A stretch of DNA of 64,000 bases from an uncultured Chloroflexia bacterium (lineage in GTDB: Bacteria > Chloroflexota > Anaerolineae > Anaerolineales > E44-bin32), in assembly GCA_963789825.1 (NCBI GenBank), contig CAWBME010000005.1, forward strand, positions 257,239 through 321,238, read 5' to 3'. Positions 23,787 to 34,967 of the stretch are shown here, piece by piece. Position numbers and translations under genes: made by a program. The notes beneath the pieces are model-generated. The model was given only the letters and a program-made list of their open reading frames with translations, made no database searches and was not told the origin of the DNA. The number at the start of each line of letters is the position of its first letter. Position 1 is the first letter of the stretch.

Positions 23787-24300
23787 CGGCGGCGAGTGTA
23801 GCACAGGCACCGGGTGCAGAGAGCCGAGGCTGGGGCTCATTCAGGTGGATTGCCTGTCCACGCCAGGCTCGCTGGCCGCCCAGGCGGACGCCGCTGGCCA
23901 GACCGGCGCATCGGCTGCAAGGCACCGTACGCAGGTCGAGCCGCGCACTGCTCGGCTTGTCTCCCGGCCCGAAGCGGTGAGCCCCCGCGCAGCGCTCGGC
24001 CGCCGGAAGGCGCAGCAGGAAGCAGACGGGAGACGCAGGTTCCCGCGGCAGGCGCCACGCGCCAAGCGGAAGAACGGGGGTGGGGCGCGCCTGGAATCCC
24101 ACGAGTCCGGGGACTGGCAACCCCGGTCGCCCAGTCCTCATGGGCTCGGGAACAGCATCGAGCAGGGCGGGCCCTGCTCGATGGTGAATCTCGGTCGGGC
24201 GGCGGGCTGGTATCCACCGATGCCCCACCTCGGCGCCCAGCCGCTGGGCTGGCGCGGATCCCGATGCTTCGTGCTCGGCTCGCCGGCTGACGCCTTCCGG

Positions 24301-26727
24301 TCAGGGGGTCAGCGTCAGGTGGTCGGCCGCAGAGGCTTCCACATCCGACCTGGCCCACAGCATCGGGTGCAACTGGATGTTGCGCCACAGGTCGATCATG
24401 TCGTCGTAGTGCGGATGGAACGGATGCCCCGACTGCCCCGTGGTGTGCACCGAGACCGAACGCGCGAAGTCGGCCAGGTCGATGATCTGGCGGTAGCTGG
24501 GAACCCAATTGACATCGAAGGGTTCGGCCAGGTCATAGCTGGTGGCGTTGAGCGTGTCGCCCAACCCGTCGACCTCGACCGGCCCGCGGTTGAAGATGCG
24601 CTCAATCGGGGCGATGCCACTCTGCCCCAGGCTCTGGTTCTCGAAGGTCGCCCGGTGCAGGTCACCCCAGCGCCAGCCGGTCATGTCTTCGCCCTGGCTT
24701 TCCATCAACTCGTCGACGGCGTCGGCCAGCGCCAGCAGCAGGATCATCTCCCGGTCCTCGACCTCCGGTGTGCGCCGGTCATCGAACCAGGCCGAAGTCG
24801 GATCCTCGAGCAGGTTGAGCAGCGCCACCATACTCTGCTCGATGGCCTTCTCGAACAGCTTCTCGCCCATCTCGTCTTCGAAGACCCGTTGCGCCAGGTG
24901 CAGGCGGAAGACCTCGAACAGTGCAGCGGCGCCGCTGTCGCGGGTGGCGTTCCCGTCCCAGGCGCGCAGCAGTCCAATCGCCTCGAACAGCGCCGGGTCC
25001 TCGGGGTTGAGCGCCAGCACGTAGGGCAGGACCTGGCGCGTCCAGGTTGAGAGGCTGTCGCCCTGCAGCAGCTGGATTTCGTCACGCGTCAGGCTGCTAT
25101 CGTTGGCCAACGCCTCGTCGAGGCGCAGGGCGCGGTAGCCAGGATCCCAGTCCTTGGTGAGCAGATAGGGGTAGCTTTCGCCGACCACAGCATTGTTGGC
25201 CGTGCTGATATACCCCTTCTCCGGGTTGAAGGAGGTAGGAAGCGAGTCGAAGGGGATGAACCCCGTCCATTCATGCTCACCCGTCCACCCTGGGACCGGC
25301 ATCGTCCCGTTGCCGGAGGCGCGCTGCGGAATCCGTCCAGGCGCCTGGTAGCCGATGTTGCCGTCGACGTCGGCGTAGACGAAGTTCTGGCTGGCGATGT
25401 CCCAGTAGCGCAGTGCCTCGCGGAACTCCTCCCAGTTTCCGGCGCGGTCGATCCGCAATACGCTCGGGATCAAGCTGCTGGGCTGCAGTGCCGTCCACGA
25501 GAGCGCCAGCGGCTGCCAGCCGAAGTACCAGTCGTCCTCCGGCCCGCCCAGGACGTCGTTGATGATCGGGCCGTGGCGTGACTGGCGCACCAGGATGGTC
25601 ACCGGCTCTTCCTCGCCGGCCACAGCGATCTCCTCGGTGATCAACTCCAGGTCTTGCCAGACGCCCTGATACTCGTACTGCATCGGATTGTCGGGATTCA
25701 AACGCTCGATGAACAGATCCTGGACATCCGGGCCGAGGTTGGTGAGACCCCAGGCGATACGCGCGTTGTGGCCGATGATTACCCCGGGAGCCCCGGCGAA
25801 GGAGGCGCCCACAAGGTCATAGCGGCATGCCGGGCCCGGCTCCGTGCAGTGCAGTCCGATTTCATACCAGATGGAGGGCATCTGGATGCCAAGATGGGGA
25901 TCGTTGGCCAGGTAGGGCATGCCGGTGTCGGTTCGGCTGCCGGCGACCACCCAGCTGTTGCTGCCGATACCTGATCCACGGCCGAAGGCCAACGGTCGGG
26001 AAGCTTGCTCGGGGATGGCGGCCAGGGTCGCGGGGTGAACAGCCTGACTGACGATCACCGGGTAGTCGGGGGGGTAGTCGGGATAGAAGACGCGTACGGC
26101 GTTGTCGCCAAGCGCCGCGGCCAGATGCGAGCGCAGCAGTTCATCGTCCATGTTGCCGCCCAGGTCCCAGGCCATCACCTTGGCCCAGGTGAGGGTGTTG
26201 AGCGGGGTCCAGGGCTCGGGCTCGAAGGAAACGCCTGTAAGCCCGAGCAGGACGAATTCCAGGCCAAGCTTGCCGCGGTTGGCCGAGACGTAGGCATTGA
26301 CGCCGTCGGCGTAGGCCTGCAGGGCGTCGCGGTCCTCACCGGCGAGCGCCTCGAGCTCCTTGGCCGCGACGCGATGCCAGCCGAGGGTGCGGATGAAGCG
26401 ATCATTCTCAAGGGCGGAGGGGCCAAGGATCTCGGACAGGCGGCCAGCGCCGATACGGCGCCAGAACTCCATCTGCCAGAACCGTTCCTGCGCGTGAACA
26501 AAGCCCTGGGCGAAGAACAGGTCGTGCTCATTGGCAGCGTAGAGGTGTGGGATTCCCAGAGAGTCGCGGTAGACCTCGACCGTTTGCTGCAGCCCGGGCG
26601 CGGCCAGCGTGCCGCTGGTGGTCGGGAACTGTTGGCGGGCGGTCAGGTAACCCCCGACCAGCAGTCCGATCGCAAGCGCGAGCACAATGATGATGAAGAC
26701 AAGGATGACCTTGGCTGTGCGTGACAT
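24301..26727 (-). CDS. Penicillin acylase family Ntn-hydrolase (penicillin/AHL acylase-like), N-terminal membrane anchor
   Basis: Intact ORF of about 808 aa with ...RGSGIGSNSWVVAGSRTDTGMPYLANDPHL... (the Ser nucleophile context of family S45). Start MSRTAKVILVFIIIVLALAI with a GGAGGGG RBS. Confidence 0.88.
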   Translation of the reverse strand: MSRTAKVILVFIIIVLALAIGLLVGGYLTARQQFPTTSGTLAAPGLQQTVEVYRDSLGIPHLYAANEHDLFFAQGFVHAQERFWQMEFWRRIGAGRLSEILGPSALENDRFIRTLGWHRVAAKELEALAGEDRDALQAYADGVNAYVSANRGKLGLEFVLLGLTGVSFEPEPWTPLNTLTWAKVMAWDLGGNMDDELLRSHLAAALGDNAVRVFYPDYPPDYPVIVSQAVHPATLAAIPEQASRPLAFGRGSGIGSNSWVVAGSRTDTGMPYLANDPHLGIQMPSIWYEIGLHCTEPGPACRYDLVGASFAGAPGVIIGHNARIAWGLTNLGPDVQDLFIERLNPDNPMQYEYQGVWQDLELITEEIAVAGEEEPVTILVRQSRHGPIINDVLGGPEDDWYFGWQPLALSWTALQPSSLIPSVLRIDRAGNWEEFREALRYWDIASQNFVYADVDGNIGYQAPGRIPQRASGNGTMPVPGWTGEHEWTGFIPFDSLPTSFNPEKGYISTANNAVVGESYPYLLTKDWDPGYRALRLDEALANDSSLTRDEIQLLQGDSLSTWTRQVLPYVLALNPEDPALFEAIGLLRAWDGNATRDSGAAALFEVFRLHLAQRVFEDEMGEKLFEKAIEQSMVALLNLLEDPTSAWFDDRRTPEVEDREMILLLALADAVDELMESQGEDMTGWRWGDLHRATFENQSLGQSGIAPIERIFNRGPVEVDGLGDTLNATSYDLAEPFDVNWVPSYRQIIDLADFARSVSVHTTGQSGHPFHPHYDDMIDLWRNIQLHPMLWARSDVEASAADHLTLTP

Positions 26728-26861
26728 CGTCCCCTCCGAGCGTGAGATGGGTTGTAGCATGCCGGAGAGGCGAAGTCAACACGCATAAGCTGCGGAAACT
26801 TGACCTGGGAGGCCAGAGGCATTGGATTCGGAGCCGGTGGAGCGGATCCCCCGCCTGGAAT

Positions 26862-26974
26862 TGTCATCCCGAGGCTGGTCTTCGGCCGAGGGATCTGCTT
26901 GTGCGGTCGGCGAGGGCCAAGCAGATCCCTCGCTGCCCCTCCGCTGCGCTGCGGGGCGGGCGCTCGGGATGACA
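26862..26974. repeat. Third copy of the palindromic element
   Basis: TGTCATCCCGAGG...GAGGGATCTGCTTGTGCGG...GCAGATCCCTCGCTGC...GCGCTCGGGATGACA has the same arms as the copies at 22486 and 22655. Confidence 0.8.
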
Positions 26975-27240
26975 CAAACCCCATGTCACCGTGGCGGGGG
27001 GCGCTCGGGATGACACAAACCCCATGTCACCGTCGCAGGGCGGGCGCTCGGGATGACACAAACTCCATGTCACCGCTGGCGGGGCGGGCGCTCGGGATGA
27101 CACAAACCCCATGTCACCGCCGCAGGGCGGGCGCTCGGGATGACACAATCGCCAGGTCACCGTGGCGGAGCGGACGCTCGGGATGACAGAGGGTGCTGCG
27201 CTCGGGGTGACAGCGGGGGTGCGCTCGGGATGGCGGCGAG
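26960..27240. repeat. Tandem array: six units of 41-44 bp (GCGCTCGGGATGACACAAACCCCATGTCACCG + ~10 nt) followed by two shorter ~23-bp units
   Basis: Unit starts read at 26960, 27001, 27044, 27088, 27131, 27174, 27198 and 27221. Each unit can fold as GATGACA...TGTCACC. The array ends about 150 bp before the gyrA start. Confidence 0.85.
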
Positions 27241-27392
27241 GTGACATGCTCGGGGGACAAGGGCACGCTGTGCTTGGGAGGGCCGAAGGAAGCGGAGATG
27301 TCCGCCAACGTACCCCGAATCCCGGTCCCCGGGGTATAATTCCATTTCGGCCGCGGTCCCCCCGAGTCCCGCACAACGAGTTGACATAAGAG

Positions 27393-29875
27393 ATGGAAAT
27401 CGGCACTGTCCAACAGGTCGATATCGACGAGCAGATGCGTGGGGCGTACCTCGACTACGCCATGAGCGTGATCGTGGCGCGCGCCCTGCCGGACGCCCGC
27501 GACGGCCTCAAGCCGGTTCACCGCCGCATCCTGTACGCCATGCACGACATGGGGATCCGCTCGAACACGCCCCACCGCAAGTCGGCCCGCATCGTGGGCG
27601 AGGTGCTCGGCAAGTACCACCCGCATGGGGACGTGGCGGTGTACGACACCATGGCCCGCCTGGCGCAGGACTTCTCGATGCGCTACCTGCTGATCGACGG
27701 CCAGGGCAATTTCGGCTCGATCGATGGCGACCCGCCGGCGGCCATGCGTTACACCGAGGCCCGCCTCAATCGCCAGGCGGAAGAATTGCTGCTCGATATC
27801 GACAAGGAGACGGTTGATTTCGTCGACAATTTCGACGCCTCCCTGCAGGAGCCGACGGTGCTGCCCGCCCGCCTGCCCAATCTACTGCTCAACGGAACCA
27901 CGGGCATCGCCGTCGGAATGGCCACCAACATCCCGCCGCACAACTTGCGCGAGCTGGCCAGCGCCATTCGCTTCCTGGTCGATGAATACGAGCGGATGGA
28001 CGAGATCGGCGTCGAAGACCTGATGCGGCATGTGCCCGGGCCGGACTTTCCCACCGGCGGCACGATCATCGGCATCGAGGGCATCAAGCAGGCCTACAGC
28101 ACCGGCAAGGGGCGCCTGGTCTTGCGAGCCACTGCCCACATCGAGGAGATGTCGGGCGGCCGCCACCGCATCGTGATCACCGAAATCCCCTACCAGATCA
28201 ACAAGACCGGGCTGATCGAACGGATTGCCGAGCTGGCGCGCGATGGCAGGCTCGACGACATCTCGGATCTGCGGGATGAGTTCGATCGGCGTGGCATGAG
28301 CCTGATCGTCGAGCTGCGTCGCGGAGCGCAGCCGAAGAAGGTCCTGAACAAGCTTTTCAAGTACACCCCGCTGCAGACGACCTACGGCGTGCAGATGCTG
28401 GCCCTGGTCGACGGCGAGCCGCGGGTGCTTTCGCTCAAGCGCGCCCTGCAGGTCTACATCGAGCACCGCCGGGCGGTGATCACCCGCCGCTCGCAGTTTG
28501 AACTTAGGAAGGCCCAGGCCCGGGCCCACATCCTGGATGGCCTGCTGATCGCCCTGGCCAACATCGACGCCGTCATCGAGACCATCCGCAAGTCGAAGGA
28601 CAGCGAAGCCGCCAAGGCCCGCCTGATGGAGCGCTTCTCGCTCAGCGAGCTCCAGGCGGTGGCCATCCTCGACATGCAGCTGCGCCGTCTGGCGGCGCTC
28701 GAGCGCGAGAAGATCGAGACGCGAACACAAAGAAGTTCTCAAGCGCATCGCCCAGCTGGAGGACCTGCTGGCGCATCCCAAGAAGCTACTGGGGGTCATC
28801 AAGGAAGACCTGAGCCAGGTGGAGGCTAGCCTACGGCGACGATCGCCGCTCGAAGATCGCCATCGACGCCTCGGAGGAGCTGCGCGAGGAAGACCTGGTG
28901 GCCGACGAGGCGGTGCTGGTCAGCATCACCGAGCGCGGCTACGTCAAGCGGGTGGCGGCGACGGCCTATCGACGCCAAGGCCGTGGCGGGCGCGGTGTCA
29001 TGGGTCACTCGATGCGCGGCGAAGATGAAGTGATGATGCTCTTCCCGGCGCGCTCGCTCGATACGGTGCTGTTCTTCTCCGATCGCGGCAAGGTGTACTC
29101 GGAGAAGGCCTACCAGATCCCGGACGCCAGCCGGACGGACCGCGGCGTGTCAATGGTCAACATCCTGGCGGTCGAGGCGGACGAGACGATCACCGCCACG
29201 GTGACCGTGCCCAACTTCGAGAGCGCCAACTACTGCACCATGGTCACGCGCAAGGGCAAGATCAAGCGCGTGCAGCTCTCCGAGTTCGCCGCCGTCCGGC
29301 CGTCGGGGTTGATCGCCATCTCGCTCGACAAGGGCGACGAACTCGGCTGGGTCAGGCTGACCAGCGGCAAGAACGAGATCATCCTGGTCACCGAGGCCGG
29401 CCAGGCGCTGCGCTTCCACGAGAAACTGGTGCGCCCGATGGGGCGCCCGGCTGCCGGCATGCGCGCCATCGCCCTGCGCGCCAAGGATCAGGTGGCCAGC
29501 ATGGACGTTGTCGAGGCCAAGGGGGATTTGCTGGTTGTGACCAAGAAAGGCTATGGCAAGCGCACGCCCCTCAAGGAGTACACCCCCAAGGGACGGGCTA
29601 CCAGCGGCGTGCTGACGCTGAGCAAAGAGAAGATGAGCCTCACCGGGCGGATCGCCGCCGCGCGTGTGGTGCACGCCGAGGACGACCTGACGATCATCTC
29701 CAGCGGCGGGATCATGCTGCGCACCAAGGTCGGCCAGGTGAAGCAGGCCGGGCGGGCGACGATGGGCGTGCGCGTGGTCGACCTGAAGGACAAGGACGAG
29801 GTGGGCTCGGTGGCCATCATCTCGGCCAAGGACCTCGAAGCGGCGGGGGTCGAGCAGAACGGGGCCGGCGGCTGA
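27393..29875 (+). CDS. gyrA: DNA gyrase subunit A; two apparent frameshifts near 28720 and 28830
   Basis: ...[32 protein letters not shown]...MRYTEARL.... The three frames join as ...LEREKIE / [36 protein letters not shown] / [26 protein letters not shown]..., followed by C-terminal beta-pinwheel repeats. Confidence 0.92.
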
Positions 29876-29991
29876 CGGGGCGAGCCCGGTCTGGTTTGCC
29901 CGCTCGTCCGGGGCTTGGGGGAGTGGCCCCGCACACCCGAGTCCCTGCCAGTCCCAGATGCCTACACCCACGCTAGAGTGCCCCATCCGTT

Positions 29992-30007
29992 TGTGACGTC
30001 CATCACG
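29992..30007. promoter_or_regulatory. CRP/FNR-family-like palindrome TGTGA-N6-TCACG upstream of the cytochrome operon
   Basis: TGTGACGTCCATCACG matches 9 of 10 positions of TGTGA-N6-TCACA. It lies about 170 bp upstream of ATG 30175, and a GATAAT box sits at 30053-30058. Confidence 0.3.
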
Positions 30008-30174
30008 AGGAGCGGGTGACATCCTTCTCTCCCCTTCGGCACATGCCCAAGCGATAATCCCAGAGAATAGTGGTATTCGCTTATGCGGATGAAAGCTGGT
30101 CCCTGAGCACGGGTGGGCGGCTTCATGAGCCGCCGCATCTGCCAGCGAAGTTCCGCCTCAAGGGAGACAAGCGC

Positions 30175-31634
30175 ATGCGACGTCGCTACGTGTGGATCCT
30201 GGGGCTTGCCGTCACCCTGGCGTTGATCCTCATCCCGATCGCCATCTTCTTCCCCCGCGCGGAGCCGGCGCGCGATGACCCGGCGGCAGCGCTCACGGTG
30301 CGCAAGCCGCCGACCGACCATCAGCCGCTGATGACCGGCCCTTACACCACCGGCGAAGACGTGACGCGCGCCTGCCTGGAATGCCATGCCGACGAAGCCG
30401 ACGAAGTGATGCAGACCGTTCATTGGACCTGGGAGAGCAAGCCCTACCCGATTCCCGGCCACGATGAGCTGGTGACGATCGGCAAGAAGAACAGCCTCAA
30501 CAACTTCTGCATCGGCATCCAGTCCAACTGGGCCGGATGCACCTCCTGCCACGCCGGCTACGGCTGGGAAGATGCCGACTTCGACTTCGGCGACAGCGAG
30601 AAGGTCGACTGCCTGGTGTGCCATGACAACACCGGCACCTACCTGAAGGGACAGGCAGGACTGCCGGCTGAGGGCGTCGACCTGGCCTACGTGGCGCAGA
30701 GCGTCACCTGCCCGACCCGGGAGAACTGCGGCTCGTGCCACTTCTCCGGGGGCGGCGGCAACGCCGTCAAACACGGCGACCTCGATCAGCACCTGATCTA
30801 CCCGACCGAGAACCTGGACGTGCACATGGGCGGCCAGGACATGCTGTGCACCGACTGCCACCAGACCGAGGATCACCAGATCCGCGGCCGGGCGATCTCG
30901 GTCAGCTTCGACCAGGAGAACCAGGCGCATGTGCACGGATTGCCACAGCCAGGCGCCGCATGAGGACGACCGCATCAACACCCACCTGGCCAGCGTCGCT
31001 TGCCAGACCTGCCACGTCCCGGCTGGCGGCACAGGCGATCCGACCAAGATGACCTGGGACTGGTCGACCGCCGGACAAGATCGGCCGGAGGACGAGCACG
31101 AGTATCTGAAGATCAAGGGCTCGTTCTTCTACGAAGAGCGACTTCACGCCGGAGTACTTACTGGTACAACGGCATCTCCGATCGCTATATCCTGGGAGAT
31201 ACGTTTGATCCAAGTCAGCCGCTCAACATGAACCCGCTGGCCGGCGATATCAATGACCCGGACGCCCGCATCTTCCCCTTCAAGGTGCATCGGGCCAAGC
31301 AGCCGTACGACACGCGTCTACAACTACCTGCTCCAGCCCAAGACCTTCGGCGAGGGCGGGTTCTGGACGGAGTTCGACTGGGACCAGGCGCTCCGGATGG
31401 GCTCCGAGGCCGTCGGCCTACCCTTCAGTGGGGAGTACGGCTTCGCCGAGACCGAGATGTACTGGCCGCTGACGCACACCGTCGCACCGGCCGGACAAGG
31501 CACTGCTGTGCGCCGACTGCCATTCACCGGAGGGGCGGCTCGACTGGCAGGCGCTCGGCTATCCCGGTGACCCGATGGAATGGGGCGTGCGGAGTCCGGC
31601 CGCTCCAGGCGAGACCGCGCAGGTGACACCATGA
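30175..31634 (+). CDS. Membrane-anchored octaheme c-type cytochrome, tetrathionate reductase (Otr) family-like; four apparent frameshifts (near 30925, 31148, 31315, 31495)
   Basis: N-terminal TM segment (RRRYVWILGLAVTLALILIPIAIFF). Eight CxxCH motifs: CLECH, CTSCH, CLVCH, CGSCH, CTDCH, CTDCH, CQTCH, CADCH. Blocks such as TVHWTWES and IGKKNSLNNFCIGIQSNWAGCTSCH recall the Otr family from memory. AGGGAG RBS; the stop overlaps the next start (ATGA). Confidence 0.7.
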
Positions 31635-34385
31635 TCTTGCGCGGCAGGCTCCTCCATCCGATCTTCGGCGTGCTCGTCTTCGTCGGGCTGCTGCTGATCG
31701 TCGGCGGCCTCCAGGCGTTGGACGCCTCCGCTGCGCTGAGCTTCAAGCCCGCCGCAGCAGACCTCTCCCCTTCACCCCGATGTGGCGCTGTTGGATGCGG
31801 ATGGCGTGAATGTGTTGGAGAGCGGCAAGCCCGTCTCCACGATGCGCACCTGTGGCGAGTGCCACGACACCGAGTTCATCGCCGCCCATTCCGGCCATTC
31901 GCAGGCTGGCCTCGATAGCTTGGCGCCCGCCGGGGAAACCTCGACCGGGCGTCCCTGGGACATGAGCGAGGGGATCTTCGGGAAGTGGGACCCGATGGTC
32001 TATCGCGTGCTGTCCGAGAGCGGCGGCGCGGAGCTCGACCTAGGGACGGCCGGCTGGGTCCAGACCATCGGGGCCCGCCACGTCGGCGGGGGGCCGGCGG
32101 CGCTCAGCCGCGACGGCACGCCCCTGCAGGAACTGCCAGTCCGCTCCGACGATCCCGAAACCAGCTGGCTCGACCCCGAAAGCGGACAGGTGCGGGCTTG
32201 GGATTGGGAGCAGTCCGGCGTCGTCGAGATGAATTGCTTCCTGTGCCATACGGCCGAGCCCGACAATGCGGCGCGCATCGAGGCCCTGCAGCAGGGTTCC
32301 TTCGGCTGGGCCAACACGGCCACGCTGCTGGCAACCGGCCTGGTCGACCGCACAGGCGATACCTATCGCTGGAACCCATCGGCCTTCGCCGAAGACGGGA
32401 CGGTCACCGCCGCCCAGCTGGCGATCCAGGACCCGGTCAACGAGAACTGCGGTCAGTGCCACGGGCTGGTGCACGATGAGGGCGACGACCCGATTGTAGC
32501 GGTCAGTTGCGACCCGGCGATTCGCCGCACGGTGACCACCGGCCAGATCATCGCCCCCGAGCGGCTCTCTGACTCGGGGATGAACCTGGTCGGCAAGGAA
32601 GACCTAACCCGGCCGTGGGACATCCATGCCGAGCGCCGGGTGGAGTGCACCGACTGCCACTACTCGCTCAACAACCCGGTCTACTTCCAGGAGGCCGAGA
32701 GCGCCCGCCCGGAGCACCTGACCTTCGACCCGCGCCGTCTCGAACTGGGTGAGTACCTGTACCAGCCGTTGCACGATCTGGCGCGTGGGCCAAGCCTCAG
32801 CGATCCAGTGACGCCGGAACAGGCCGGCTCGATGCGCCGCTGCGACTCTTGTCACAGCATCGAGTCCACCCATGACTGGTTGCCCTACAAGGACCGCCAC
32901 CTGGCAGCCTTGAGCTGCGAGACCTGCCACGTGCCGGATATGTACTCCAACGCCGCCCGGCAGGTCGACTGGACCGTGCTGCGCCCTGACAGCTTCGCCC
33001 GCGGCATCTGCCGTGGCACAGACACCACAGTTGGCGGACAGCCGGTCATCACCGGCTTCCAGCCGGTGTGGATGCCGCGCCAGGAACCGGATGGCAGCGC
33101 CCCGCTGACCCCCTACAACCTGGTGACGACCTGGTTCTGGGTTGCCGGCGATCCTGAGCAGCCGGTTCGCCTGACCGAACTGGAGGGCGCCTGGTTCGTG
33201 GGCGATGCCTATGCCCCGGAAGTGATTGCCGCCCTGGATGCGGATGGGGACGGAGCGCTGGCGGACGTGGAACTGCAGCTGGACACGCCGGAGAAGGTGG
33301 AGCTGATCGCCGGTCGCCTGGCGGCACTCGGGGTGGAGAACCCGCGGATCACCGGCGAGATCCAACCCTTCGGCATTCACCACACCATCGCCAGCGATGA
33401 GTGGGCGATCCAGGACTGCCAGGACTGCCACAGTGACCAGTCACGCCTCACCCAGTCCTTCGACCTCGCCGCGTACGTGCCTCCCGGCGCCGAAGCGGCG
33501 TTTGTTGGCGGTTCGACCGCCATCACCTCGGGCGAGATCGTGGCCGCCTCCGACGGCGGGTTGGTGTATCAGCCCGACACCGGGTCGCGCCAGTTGTATG
33601 TTCTGGGACACGACCGTGCCGAGTGGGTCGACTGGCTGGGCGGGCTGCTCTTCGTCGGTGTGCTGATCGGGATCGTGATCCATGGCGGCTTGCGCGTGGT
33701 TTCGGCGATGCGCCACCGCGGGGCTGCCGCCGAACCGGCCACCGAGACCGTGCGCATGTACGGTGTCTACGAACGCCTGTGGCACTGGCTTCAGACCTTC
33801 GCCATCGTGGCGCTGCTCTTCACCGGCCTGGTGATCCACCGTCCCGACAGCTTCGGCATGTTCAGCTTCCGCGGCGTTGTTCTGGTCCACAACATCCTGG
33901 CGGCGATCCTGGTGGTGAACGCCGGCCTGTCGCTCTTCTATCACCTGACCAGCGGGGAGATCCGCCAGTTCGTCCCGCGCCCGGTCGGCTTCTTTGACCA
34001 GGCCATGCTGCAGGCCAAGTACTACCTGAAGGGCATCTTCCGCAATGAACCGCATCCGTTCGAGAAGACGCCGGGCAGGAAGCTCAACCCGCTGCAGCAG
34101 GTGACCTACTTCGGGATCCTCAACGTACTGCTGCCGCTGATGATCCTGACCGGCATCCTGATGTGGGGCGCGCAACGCTGGCCGGAGTACTCGGCCTTGA
34201 TCGGCGGACTAACCGTCCTCGGCCCGGTGCACGCCGGCGTCGCCTGGATGCTGGCGGCTTTCATTGTCGGGCACGTCTATCTGACCACCACTGGGCCCAA
34301 GCCCTTGAGCAGCCTGCAGGGAATGATGTTCGGCACAGAGGCAGTCGAGAAGGGTCCTCTGGAGACCCAGGGAGGGAAGGCATGA
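31631..34385 (+). CDS. Heptaheme cytochrome c fused to a C-terminal di-heme cytochrome b membrane domain (PhsC / FdnI / Ni-Fe hydrogenase cyt b family-like); one apparent frameshift near 31778
   Basis: Signal anchor MILRGRLLHPIFGVLVFVGLLLIVGG. Seven CxxCH motifs: CGECH, CFLCH, CGQCH, CTDCH, CDSCH, CETCH, CQDCH. A C-terminal domain of about 230 aa has 4-5 TM helices and four spaced His (RLWHW, LVHNIL, GPVHAG, IVGHVYL). Confidence 0.75.
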
Positions 34386-34957
34386 CCACAAGCTCCGAGA
34401 TCGGGACGGCCCCGAAGCGAGGACTCCTGCACGCGCTCACCGGCCGGCCGGAAAGGCCATATGCCAATTCCTACGCCGCCGGTGCGTTGCTGGGGATCGT
34501 GCTGTTCCTGTCGTTCTTCATCACCGGCAACGGCCTGGGCGCTTCCGGTGGGTTGAACCGGATGATCGTCTTCGTCGAAGACCTGATCGCGCCGGCCCAC
34601 ATCGACCGCACGCCCTACCTGATCGAGATGGCGGGCGGGGTGCGCAACGCCCTCGATAGCTGGGTGGTGTTCGTCGCCCTGGGGGCGCTGGTTGGCGGCT
34701 TTGCCTCTGGTTGGTTCAACGGTCGGCTGAAGGCGGAGACCAAGAAGGGGCCGCGCATTTCGGTGCGCACCCGCTGGGCGACGGCTTTCGTCGGCGGAGC
34801 GATCATGGGCTATGGCGCCCGCTTCGCCCGCGGTTGCACCTCCGGCCAGGCGCTATCCGGCGGAGCGACGCTCTCTGTCGGAAGTTGGGCGCTGATGTTC
34901 TGCATCTTCGGCAGCGCCTACGCCCTGGCGTACTTTGTGCGCCGTTTGTGGACATAG
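34382..34957 (+). CDS. YeeE/YedE family sulfur-compound transporter half-protein
   Basis: The ATG overlaps the upstream stop. Multi-TM with ...FITGNGLGASGG... and ...GYGARFARGCTSGQALSGG... (sulphur-transport repeat with a conserved Cys). Confidence 0.8.
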   Translation: MTTSSEIGTAPKRGLLHALTGRPERPYANSYAAGALLGIVLFLSFFITGNGLGASGGLNRMIVFVEDLIAPAHIDRTPYLIEMAGGVRNALDSWVVFVALGALVGGFASGWFNGRLKAETKKGPRISVRTRWATAFVGGAIMGYGARFARGCTSGQALSGGATLSVGSWALMFCIFGSAYALAYFVRRLWT

Positions 34958-34967
34958 GGAGGTCAGT

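Noticed and set aside
26960-27240. Regularly spaced repeats that superficially resemble a CRISPR array
   Set aside because: The period is only 41-44 bp, with about 32 conserved nt and about 10 nt between units. The 'spacers' are themselves similar (TGGCGGGGGG, TCGCAGGGCG, CCGCAGGGCG). No cas genes are present. The unit is a half-site of the palindromic repeat family seen elsewhere. It is a tandem repeat, not CRISPR.
27393-29875. gyrA (and gatB at 12278..13727) as genuine pseudogenes or programmed frameshift genes
   Set aside because: Both are normally essential single-copy genes. The protein sequence is perfectly conserved on both sides of each shift, and I saw no slippery-heptamer context. 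Assembly indels are the parsimonious explanation.
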